Shown one piece after another: positions 1-7,410 of a stretch of DNA of 39,642 nt; position 1 is the first letter of the stretch; each line of letters begins with the position of its first letter. The position numbers and the translations under genes were made by a program. Origin of the DNA: an uncultured Acidimicrobiaceae bacterium (GTDB taxonomy: Bacteria; Actinomycetota; Acidimicrobiia; Spongiisociales; ZC4RG35); assembly GCA_964600055.1 (NCBI GenBank), contig CAZRID010000001.1, forward strand, positions 1 to 39,642, read 5' to 3'. The notes below the pieces were generated by a model that did no database searches, was not told the DNA's origin, and saw only the letters and a list, made by a program, of their open reading frames with translations.

Positions 1-106
1 CCATGTGTCTGCCGGCGCATCCTGGTCAGCCAGGAGGCCGGCTTTCCCTTCCGGGATATCTCGATCGGGCGACTGGTTCCCTGATAATCGATCAGCTCGA
101 AATGCA

Positions 107-121
107 GTTTCCGCCGGAAAC
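107..121 (+). promoter_or_regulatory. parS-like palindrome copy 1 (GTTTCCGCCGGAAAC)
   Basis: Exact 15-mer read directly from the sequence, about 90 nt upstream of the integrase start. The arms GTTTC/GAAAC match the arms of canonical parS. Confidence 0.6.
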
Positions 122-209
122 CCGAACCGATCAGATGGTGCTTCCGATCGAGGATGAACCCGTCCGCTCGGACCGTTTCGACCGCGCCGCCTAAAGCCGC
201 CCGGGTCAA

Positions 210-1064
210 ATGCCGATACTCCTCGGGTCGTTGGAGGAGAACCGTACCTTCCGCGCCTTCTTGGCCGGCGAGGGGCTGTCCACCAAAACCGCCGGCATCT
301 ACATAGCGAAGGTCGACAACGCCATCCTGTGGTTTGCTGCCAGAGGAGGGGACCTTGTGGGCGCCACAGCTGCCGATCTAGCCGCCTGGGCCTCTGAGCT
401 CGCGGATTCGAGCTCGACCAGGAGGCAAGCGCGTTCGGCCCTACAGCACTACTTCAACTGGGCCGGAAGGGCCAACGCACCCCTCCGGGCGATCAGGGTC
501 CCACCGAAACCTCGATACATCTGCCAGGCGATCACCGTCCGCCAGGCCGACGAGCTCCACGACCTCGCCATCCAGGTCGGGTTCCCGATGGGGACCGCCG
601 TCCTGATCGGTCTCTACCTCGGTTTGCGGGCCCACGAGATCGCCGGGGTTCGTTGGGACCGCTTCGATTATCGGATCGAGAAGTACACGGTCCACGGCAA
701 AGGGTCGTACGTGGCGACGTTGCCGGTTCATGAGGTGCTGGCCGGCCAGCTGATCAAGGTTCGCACCCCTTACGTGTTTCTGTTCCCCGGATCGCGGGAG
801 CGTGACCATGTCCATTACGGGACGATTTGGAAGTGGGTGAGGGAGATGGGCCGGCGGATCGGGTTGGAGGATCTCCGGCCGCACCAGCTGCGGCACACGG
901 CCGGGGCGACGTTGCATGACGCCACCGGGGATCTCCGGGCTACGGCCGACTTTCTCCGCCACCGTCGGCTCGAGACCACCATGATTTACACCCGGACCAC
1001 CGAGGACCGGCTCCGTATTGCGGTAAATACCGGTCTCAGGTTCGGGCAGCGGACAATGCTCTAG
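210..1064 (+). CDS. int: Tyrosine recombinase / phage integrase (XerC/D-like, 284 aa)
   Basis: Has an N-terminal SAM-like domain. Catalytic-type residues are visible in LRAHEI, HGKG, HQLRHT and FLRHRRLETTMIYT (R..K..HxxR..H..Y). Confidence 0.9.
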   Translation: MPILLGSLEENRTFRAFLAGEGLSTKTAGIYIAKVDNAILWFAARGGDLVGATAADLAAWASELADSSSTRRQARSALQHYFNWAGRANAPLRAIRVPPKPRYICQAITVRQADELHDLAIQVGFPMGTAVLIGLYLGLRAHEIAGVRWDRFDYRIEKYTVHGKGSYVATLPVHEVLAGQLIKVRTPYVFLFPGSRERDHVHYGTIWKWVREMGRRIGLEDLRPHQLRHTAGATLHDATGDLRATADFLRHRRLETTMIYTRTTEDRLRIAVNTGLRFGQRTML

Positions 1065-1084
1065 GCCGCAGGGGCGTCTGTCGT

Positions 1085-1552
1085 TTGATAGCTTTCGTCG
1101 CAATGAAACTCGGCTGGGGAGACCTGATCAACAGGGAGCAGATGAAGGCGCTGACGCAAAGTCGTGGATTTTGGCTCAGCTTGATTGTCGTTCTCTTGCT
1201 GATCGGGGTGGTCGCCACGGGAAACGGCGAGGCGCTGACGAGCGTTCCCGGAGGGGTGATCGTCGTATTGCTGTACTTCCTCCCCGCGCTCATCGCCAGG
1301 AAGAAGGCCAACTCGGGCTCCGTCTTCGTGATCAACCTGTTCTTCGGGTGGACTGTCATCGGCTGGGTCATCGCCCTGGCCATGGCCGCCAACAACCCGG
1401 CGCCGACCCAGGTGATGCAGGTCACGCAACGACAACCTCCCCGGTCGGCGCCGACCGGCAGGACCTGTCCTTTCTGCGCAGAAGAGATCCAACCGGCCGC
1501 CGTCGTCTGCAAACACTGCGGACGGGACCTCCCACCCCCACCCGACCGATGA
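1085..1552 (+). CDS. Imm-like superinfection immunity membrane protein fused to a C-terminal zinc ribbon
   Basis: The motif YFLPALIARKKANSGSVFVINLFFGWTVIGWVIALAMA matches the PF14373-type signature (YFLP...GWT..GW..AL). The C-terminus carries CPFC...CKHC. It lies next to int on the lysogeny strand. Confidence 0.7.
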   Translation: MIAFVAMKLGWGDLINREQMKALTQSRGFWLSLIVVLLLIGVVATGNGEALTSVPGGVIVVLLYFLPALIARKKANSGSVFVINLFFGWTVIGWVIALAMAANNPAPTQVMQVTQRQPPRSAPTGRTCPFCAEEIQPAAVVCKHCGRDLPPPPDR

Positions 1553-1569
1553 CCTCACTAAACGCGGAA

Positions 1570-1598
1570 GAACCCCCCTCCGAACGGGAGGGGGGTTC
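1570..1598 (+). terminator. Rho-independent terminator-like hairpin between convergent genes
   Basis: Perfect 12-bp stem gaacccccctcc / ggaggggggttc with a 5-nt loop, followed by tttc. It lies between the converging genes 1085-1552 (+) and 1688-2077 (-). Confidence 0.65.
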
Positions 1599-1687
1599 TT
1601 TCATCTCATGATTCTGATGTAGCCGATGGCGGCCCCGGCGAGGATGGCCAGGATCAGGACCGCGTAGAGGGTGGGACGCATTGGGGC

Positions 1688-2077
1688 CTATGTGGGGGGG
1701 TTTCCGTTGCGGGGGGTTTCTCCCAGGTCGATGAGTTGACGTCTGAGCTTTCCGTTGTCGTCGATCAGCTCGTCTCGGGTGGGCCGTTTGGCAACCTCTT
1801 CGATCAGAAGCCGGACCTCCCGGCGGAGCCCGTCGGTGCCTAGCCGTTCGTCTTCGAGCTCTCCGTCGAGACGCTTGATCTCATCGGTCAGGTTTTTGAT
1901 GACGAGGCTTTCCCTTTGTGCCTCGATGACGCCGGCTTCGGCCAGGGTTTTCTTGTCGACCGCTTTCTTGGATGGCTGACCGTGGGAAGCGACCCAGCCG
2001 CTGATCATCGGTGCCAGAATCCCGCCGGCGACGACGGCGACCGCGGCGACGATGGCGATGGTGATCCCTTCGGTCAT
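1688..2077 (-). CDS. Membrane-anchored coiled-coil protein at the distal end of the lysis cassette
   Basis: N-terminal TM helix (ITIAIVAAVAVVAGGILAPMISGW) followed by a charged coiled-coil-like region. Its start overlaps the stop of the gene upstream (ATGA). Confidence 0.55.
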   Translation of the reverse strand: MTEGITIAIVAAVAVVAGGILAPMISGWVASHGQPSKKAVDKKTLAEAGVIEAQRESLVIKNLTDEIKRLDGELEDERLGTDGLRREVRLLIEEVAKRPTRDELIDDNGKLRRQLIDLGETPRNGNPPT

Positions 2078-2379
2078 TTCGTCCTCGCTTTGTCGATGAT
2101 CGCCGTCGAAGCTCGCCGGGCCCGATGAACGATGAGGGCCGGGACGAAGATGATCGGGAAGAGCAGGACGATGACGGTGCCCCTCGGCAGGTCGAGCGGC
2201 CGGCCGGCGAAGTTGAAAGCGATCAGGATCAGGTCGGCGAGGTTGGCCAGTCCCAACATCCCGTATCCGACGGACCGCGCCGGGTGGTGTTGTCCTTTAG
2301 CTTCTCGGGCTTCCCAGAACCATACGAACGCGGCGTAGCCGGATGCCAGGCCGAGTGGGGCTATGGCAAGGAAGCCCAT
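2074..2379 (-). CDS. Holin-like multi-TM membrane protein
   Basis: 101 aa with about 3 hydrophobic helices and a basic C-terminus, immediately downstream of the amidase. Confidence 0.55.
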   Translation of the reverse strand: MGFLAIAPLGLASGYAAFVWFWEAREAKGQHHPARSVGYGMLGLANLADLILIAFNFAGRPLDLPRGTVIVLLFPIIFVPALIVHRARRASTAIIDKARTK

Positions 2380-2382
2380 GGC

Positions 2383-3192
2383 TCAGCCGTCGTCTCGGGT
2401 GTACTCGGCGAGGAGGAGGCAGGTGTACGGGTCGAGCTTGCCGCGGAGGACACCGGGCCGTCCGAGGATCTGGGCGGCTTCCTGATAGAAGGCGACCCTG
2501 GCTTCCATCTCCGGGCCGAACCACGTACCGCGCTCGAGGGGAACCTTGCCCCACTTCTGGTTTTCGTTGAGTGTGTTGAGGGCTCTCTTCCAAATGTCGA
2601 CGTCGTTGCCGACGTCGCCGACCTTGAGGATTGTTGCCATGTCACCCTCCTCGAGTAGCTGGCGGATCCGGGACCGGAACTGGGCCATGTCGACCCCGCG
2701 GGGGTCGACCTTCCGTCCGGGTGGGGTGGCGAATTCCTTGTGGCCGGCGACGTCGTTCTCGTCGGCGCCGACGTGATCGCAAATGGCGGCGGTGGCCCGT
2801 TCCATCACGTCGATCTGGGGGTTGGGCCATGGCTCACCGAGGCCGTCGTTGGCGGCTTCGAGTCCGATCAGGACCCGGTTACCGGTGAGCCCGTTCCAGC
2901 GGCCGACCCCTGAATGGTTGGCGATGCCGGAGGCGACCACGTAGATGATCCCGGTCCGGTCCGGTACCAGCTGGGCCAGCGGGCCGGCCAGGTCGATCCG
3001 TCCGCGGATGATCAGGGTGAGCAGGCCCGCAATCGCCAAGGTCTTCTTGGTGGCGGTGTGATGTTCGAGGACCCCCCGCGGATCGAACGGCTTGGTCTTG
3101 GTGTCGGTACCCCTGGTCTCCCACCCTTCGACGGTGCGGACGTTGCAGCCGGCGTCGTCGAGGACGTCGGAAAGCCACAGGGCCCGGGCCAT
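2383..3192 (-). CDS. Endolysin: N-acetylmuramoyl-L-alanine amidase (Amidase_2/PGRP-like) with a C-terminal peptidoglycan-binding-like domain
   Basis: Motifs EHHTAT, AGHKEF and GRKVDP are typical of zinc amidases. The C-terminal segment VGDVGNDVDIWKRALN resembles a PG-binding repeat. Confidence 0.85.
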   Translation of the reverse strand: MARALWLSDVLDDAGCNVRTVEGWETRGTDTKTKPFDPRGVLEHHTATKKTLAIAGLLTLIIRGRIDLAGPLAQLVPDRTGIIYVVASGIANHSGVGRWNGLTGNRVLIGLEAANDGLGEPWPNPQIDVMERATAAICDHVGADENDVAGHKEFATPPGRKVDPRGVDMAQFRSRIRQLLEEGDMATILKVGDVGNDVDIWKRALNTLNENQKWGKVPLERGTWFGPEMEARVAFYQEAAQILGRPGVLRGKLDPYTCLLLAEYTRDDG

Positions 3193-3512
3193 TACTCGTC
3201 GTCGAGTCTGACGTACTCGGAAACCTTGAGCGGTTCGAGCTGCTTGGCCTTGAGCACCTTGACGGCTTCGGCGACGATGGCGGAGACACCGGCGATGGCG
3301 ATGGCGGCGTTGGCCCGCCCGGTCCAGCTGGTGAACTCACCCACCTCGGGCACATAGGTGGCGCCGTAACCGCAGACGAAGGCGATGCCGTTGACGACGG
3401 CCCCGTCGAGCTTCGAGGTGCCGTCCGGATTCTTGGACAGCTTGCGGACGATGTCGACGAGGTATTTCACCCCGACGGTGGCCAACGCGAACGCGGTCAG
3501 TCCTAGTTCCAT
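3192..3512 (-). CDS. Holin-like membrane protein upstream of the endolysin
   Basis: 106 aa with hydrophobic helices and a charged C-terminus. A strong SD (aaggagaaacagaaATG) precedes the start, and the stop overlaps the endolysin start by 1 nt. Confidence 0.55.
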   Translation of the reverse strand: MELGLTAFALATVGVKYLVDIVRKLSKNPDGTSKLDGAVVNGIAFVCGYGATYVPEVGEFTSWTGRANAAIAIAGVSAIVAEAVKVLKAKQLEPLKVSEYVRLDDE

Positions 3513-3545
3513 TTCTGTTTCTCCTTGGTCGATCCGGCCCGGAAG

Positions 3546-3560
3546 GTTTCCGGCGGAAAC
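3546..3560 (-). promoter_or_regulatory. parS-like palindrome copy 2
   Basis: The minus strand reads GTTTCCGCCGGAAACC. It sits in the 64-nt gap between the tail fibre gene and the lysis cassette. Confidence 0.6.
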
Positions 3561-3576
3561 TTGGTTAGGTGCGCGG

Positions 3577-4479
3577 CTAACGCGGGGTGGTCAGATGGCA
3601 GGTGGCGTTGATGTAGTCGATCCAAAGGTCACTGCCGGAAGTGCCTGCCGACTTTTTCATGACGGCGCCGAAGCCGACATGTTCGGTCGAATCCAACGGG
3701 AGATTGGTGGTGTGGGTCGCTTCAAGGACCCCGTCGATCGAGAAGACAGCTTCGGAACCGTCGGCCGTGATTTGGATTGTCAGCCGGTCGAACGAGTTGG
3801 CCACTACGGCCACCCCTGTGTCGGTGACGGTTCGTGTGCCGGAGCTCGAATCGCAGGTGACGCATTGCCAGTTGACAGAGGGGGACACCCCGGTGGTGCC
3901 GTTGGTCGTGTAGATGAAGTAGACGCCGTCGCCGGGGAGGATCTGGTCAGGGGTGTCGGTGAATCCGAAGACGACCCCGAAGGTTTGTGTTCCGGTTGAC
4001 AGGGCGGGAAGCCAAAGCCTGCCTTCGAGAAACCAGGCTCCGCCTCCCAGGCGGAGGCCGGTCGGCATGGCGCCTTCAATGCCGGCCTGGCCGGTAGTGG
4101 TGGACCCTGTGGTGAGTCGGACCATTCCAACCGCGGTGACGTCGGGTGCGGCGGCGGTTGTGACTGCCGCCCCGGTGCCGAGCTGGGTGCGAAGCATCTG
4201 GCCGCCACCGGCCGTGTTCAAACCGGGAAATCCGGTGAAGTCGTCGTACATCCAGAACAGGGCCCGTGGCAACGTTTGAAGCTGGGCGAGGAGGTCGACA
4301 GGGTCGGTACTGCCACCGCCGCCCGGTGCAGATGGAAACCACAGCCCCAACCCGGCATCCCAAACGAGCGTGTCGCCGGCGGCGAGACCGGTGAGGTCGA
4401 CGTCGCCGAGATCAACGATCCCGCTACTGGTTGAGCCGCCTCGGGGTGGTTCGGTCGGATTGCGCCATCGGGTAGTCAT
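3577..4479 (-). CDS. Minor tail / putative receptor-binding fibre protein
   Basis: The N-terminal motif IVDLGDVDLTGLAAGDTLVWDAGLGLWFP plus a Gly run is typical of actinophage minor tail proteins. It is the last gene of the tail module and has an SD gaggag. Confidence 0.6.
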   Translation of the reverse strand: MTTRWRNPTEPPRGGSTSSGIVDLGDVDLTGLAAGDTLVWDAGLGLWFPSAPGGGGSTDPVDLLAQLQTLPRALFWMYDDFTGFPGLNTAGGGQMLRTQLGTGAAVTTAAAPDVTAVGMVRLTTGSTTTGQAGIEGAMPTGLRLGGGAWFLEGRLWLPALSTGTQTFGVVFGFTDTPDQILPGDGVYFIYTTNGTTGVSPSVNWQCVTCDSSSGTRTVTDTGVAVVANSFDRLTIQITADGSEAVFSIDGVLEATHTTNLPLDSTEHVGFGAVMKKSAGTSGSDLWIDYINATCHLTTPR

Positions 4480-4930
4480 CCGCTCTCCTCACCGGTTCGA
4501 GATGAAAGGTGACGTTGAGGACCACCCCGCGGGTTTCCACCAGCGTCTGCCACCGGTGACAGAGCCCACCAAACGAAGGCGGCCACAGGACTGTCTCGAG
4601 CAGATCCCAACCTTCAGGGGTGGCCGAGAAGGCATGCGGGCAGATATGGCCATCGGAGGGTCGCTGGTATCCGTAGACCACGATCGGGACCGCGGGGGCG
4701 GGGGGGATGCCGACTGGGAAGGCGATGTCGTCTTGGACGACGATGGTCCGATGGTCGAACTTTTCGAGGTGGGCCTTTTGACGGATCTGGCGGTAGGTGG
4801 AGACGACGCCGATCTTCTTGACCGGGTTGTGGATGGCGGGGAACCGTTCGAGCTGGTGGTGGGAGAAGCGGTGTTGTGCTTTGGCCCAGCGGTCGGTGTC
4901 CTGGTCGAGGTTGGGGACGAGGAGGTTCAC
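4424..4930 (-). CDS. Hypothetical minor tail protein
   Basis: Position between the Tal-like and fibre genes. It overlaps the next gene by 56 nt. Confidence 0.45.
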   Translation of the reverse strand: MNLLVPNLDQDTDRWAKAQHRFSHHQLERFPAIHNPVKKIGVVSTYRQIRQKAHLEKFDHRTIVVQDDIAFPVGIPPAPAVPIVVYGYQRPSDGHICPHAFSATPEGWDLLETVLWPPSFGGLCHRWQTLVETRGVVLNVTFHLEPVRRADDYPMAQSDRTTPRRLNQ

Positions 4931-6112
4931 TTAGCAGCAGGGGGCGGAGAACTCGGGTAGCCATGAGATCTCGAGGCGGGTGACCGCTCCGACCTGCCAG
5001 TCGATGTGCGGGGTCAAGTCGATGTAGTCGCTGGAGGTGACTGTGGCGAGGGGAGGTCGGTAGAGAATCCCTTGGCCGTAGGTCCAGGGGACGTCGGCTG
5101 ACCAGAGGCGGGCCGCTCTGGGGCCGAGGTGCTGGCCGCGGTAGGGGATCTGTTGGGTGCGGTCGCCGAAGCGGGTTGCGTGATCGAAAGCCCAGACGGT
5201 GTCTCCGACCGGCCACCGCCCGCGGATGGCTTCATGCTGACGGGCGTCGGCTTCGAGGTGGTTGGCGACCGGCCGGCTGGAAAGCTCACCTTCGAGGAAG
5301 CTGTCGATGACGCCGGCTACGTCGGATGGCGACCGCCGGAAACGGATGGTCCGTTCGATCGGGAGTCCGTGAGGGCCGTAGTAGGTCTCGTCGCCGTTGA
5401 GAACGTCGCCGACGACTGTGACGACGCCGTCGCCGTCTTCCTCGAGAGCGACGGCCCGGTTGGCCCAGCTGGTCGAGTCGCGGACTGTGGCCATCCGGAG
5501 CGCTTCGACTCCGATGTAGTTGGGGTCGGATCCCCAGTGGTGGCGGGTGACGACGATCCGAGGGTCGGTCATGTTGAAGACGTCGTCCCGTTCGATCGAG
5601 CAGGCGTCGAGGGTGCAGTTGGGGTTCATCCGGCCGTGGGCGCCGAGGGTTTGGAAGACGGTGCGGATGCACTCGAGCGGAGTTTTGTAGTTGAAGTTTC
5701 CGGTATAGGTGGGAAGGCCGGTGTCGACGACGATGCCGGGGAGGACCTCGTTGGGGAGGACCCCGCCGGCTCCGATCGGGATGAGGATGTCGGAGAGGGG
5801 AGCGGCGACGAAGACGGCCTCTTCGACCATCTGACCTTTGCCTTCACGGTCGCCGAGCCACCACCAGACGCCGGCGCCGGCGATGGTGTGCACCTCGGTG
5901 GCCAGGCGGGGTCGGATGACCACCCCTCCGTAGATGGAGTTGTCCATCAGCTGCTGGTCGGAAAAGAGCCGGTAGTTGGGATGCCACTGGGGGTGGACCA
6001 GGATCATCCCGTTGACTTCGATCCTCTCGAGGACGTCGTCGAGGGGAGTGGTGCCGGCTCGGAGGGGAAGGCTGAACGAGCCCGGATCTTCGAACCGTTC
6101 GATGTAACTCAC
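4931..6112 (-). CDS. Tail-associated (Tal/baseplate hub-like) protein, 393 aa
   Basis: Trimmed to the GTG at 6112, which forms a GTGA overlap with the stop of the upstream gene. The discarded 207-aa N-terminal extension is Arg/Pro/His-rich junk. It sits in the third position after the tape measure. Confidence 0.6.
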   Translation of the reverse strand: MSYIERFEDPGSFSLPLRAGTTPLDDVLERIEVNGMILVHPQWHPNYRLFSDQQLMDNSIYGGVVIRPRLATEVHTIAGAGVWWWLGDREGKGQMVEEAVFVAAPLSDILIPIGAGGVLPNEVLPGIVVDTGLPTYTGNFNYKTPLECIRTVFQTLGAHGRMNPNCTLDACSIERDDVFNMTDPRIVVTRHHWGSDPNYIGVEALRMATVRDSTSWANRAVALEEDGDGVVTVVGDVLNGDETYYGPHGLPIERTIRFRRSPSDVAGVIDSFLEGELSSRPVANHLEADARQHEAIRGRWPVGDTVWAFDHATRFGDRTQQIPYRGQHLGPRAARLWSADVPWTYGQGILYRPPLATVTSSDYIDLTPHIDWQVGAVTRLEISWLPEFSAPCC

Positions 6113-7410
6113 CGGGGGATAGCCCGGGTCTGCTCGGCGACGTCGGCCAGATATTGGGAGACCAGGTCGGCGGCCTGGTCGTTGGCCGGGGCGGAAGCAC
6201 CGCCGATCTCGGCCCCGATGAAAAAGTCGAACTCGGTGACAGCGGCGAAGGTGATGACCCCGGTGGTCAGGTTGGCCACATGGGTTTGTGAGGTGCCGAT
6301 CACCCAACGGTTGCCGTCGGTGGCGGCGCTGGCCCGGATCCCGACGTTGTTGGCGCCGATCGTGACCGCGGTGGCCGCTTCGGGGGTGTCGACCGCCACT
6401 GCCCAGTCGGTCGGGATCCCCGACGAGAAGTCGTAGAACCCTTGCACGAACGGCATCCCCCGGCGGAGGGTCAGGTTGAGGTGATGCTTGTTGGTGGTCT
6501 CTTCGACTTCGTTGGCTTCGCGGACCAGGGTGGTGATCCCACAGTGGGGTGCGTTCTTGACCACCGACGAGAACGACCAGTTGGGGACGACGGTGACGCC
6601 GCCGAAGAGGATTTTGAACCCGATCGGGGTCGACCAGGCGGTGCCGTTCCACCATGAGAAGAGGAGCCGGCCGTTCGAGATGAGCGATGTCAACCCGGGG
6701 GTGCAACGGCAGATGCCGTTGGAGAGCCGCCACACGTCGGGGTTGAGGGGGACTTTGATCCCGGACCGTCGGCGGAGCGGGGTGCCCGCCTCGAGCGGGT
6801 TGGCCACCTCGATCCGGACCGCCCCTTTGTGAAAGTCGGCCGGGCGGCCCGCCCAGCGTGGATCGGTGTCAGGGTCGAGCCCGATCGCCACTTGGATGAT
6901 CCCATCCTCGGTGGCCCGTTCGTGGATGCTGGGAGCGTCGTCGCCGGTGTAATAGGGCATGGCGTTGACCGGGGGGGCGTGGGACGCTTCGACGTCGGCG
7001 TCGACAAACCCGTAGTCGTTGGAAATGGTGATCACATGGAGGAGGGATTGGAATTCCATCCCGGCTTCGTTGCCGACATCCTCGATCGTCATCGAGAAGG
7101 GGAGAATGTGGAAGTCGGCTGCCATCTTCTTGCCGGTGATGCGGACGTCGACGATCCGGAAGAAGCTGTTCATGGTCGGATCCGGCGACCACAACATTGG
7201 GACCGCCAGGCCGACGTCGAGGCGGTGGGCGTCGGCCAGGGCCAGGAGCTCGTCGCGGAGGTAGAGAGCGTCGGCCAGAGCCGTTTTGACGATGTTGCCG
7301 GTGACGGTGAAGGTGGGGAGGCCGGTGCGGGGACCGGAGCGGTATTCCCAGTCGATGATCTCGGTGATGGTGACGGAGAGGCCGATCTGGCCGATTTGCA
7401 TGGTTCCCAT
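6109..7410 (-). CDS. Distal tail protein (Dit-like), 433 aa
   Basis: Immediately downstream of the tape measure, with a 1-nt stop/start overlap. Position is conserved in siphoviruses. Confidence 0.6.
   Translation of the reverse strand: MGTMQIGQIGLSVTITEIIDWEYRSGPRTGLPTFTVTGNIVKTALADALYLRDELLALADAHRLDVGLAVPMLWSPDPTMNSFFRIVDVRITGKKMAADFHILPFSMTIEDVGNEAGMEFQSLLHVITISNDYGFVDADVEASHAPPVNAMPYYTGDDAPSIHERATEDGIIQVAIGLDPDTDPRWAGRPADFHKGAVRIEVANPLEAGTPLRRRSGIKVPLNPDVWRLSNGICRCTPGLTSLISNGRLLFSWWNGTAWSTPIGFKILFGGVTVVPNWSFSSVVKNAPHCGITTLVREANEVEETTNKHHLNLTLRRGMPFVQGFYDFSSGIPTDWAVAVDTPEAATAVTIGANNVGIRASAATDGNRWVIGTSQTHVANLTTGVITFAAVTEFDFFIGAEIGGASAPANDQAADLVSQYLADVAEQTRAIPR

Noticed and set aside
3-194. 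ORF 3-194(+) as a real gene
   Set aside because: Third-position GC bias is weak, there is no SD, no motif is recognised, and a competing antisense frame is equally open. I left it unannotated and reported it as an ambiguous region.
441-1103. Long antisense or out-of-frame ORFs in the track, for example 441-1103(-), 5129-6436(+), 12569-13870(+), 19330-20874(+), 20881-22815(+), 23613-24605(-), 23723-24763(+) and 35338-36072(+)
   Set aside because: They are Arg/Pro/Gly/His-rich low-complexity translations lying opposite or out of frame to genes with clear motifs. Such open frames are expected in a high-GC genome because stop codons are rare.
6113-6733. Long N-terminal extensions of listed ORFs, for example 4931-6733, 11103-11546, 11419-11997, 12406-13200, 17849-19000, 24711-25496, 28965-29606, 30030-31115, 30674-31156, 31332-31877, 32472-33203 and 36683-37441
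   Set aside because: The extensions overlap the upstream gene in another frame and are compositionally junk. In each case an ATG or GTG sits in an ATGA, GTGA or TGATG overlap with the upstream stop, or behind a good SD, and I used that as the start.
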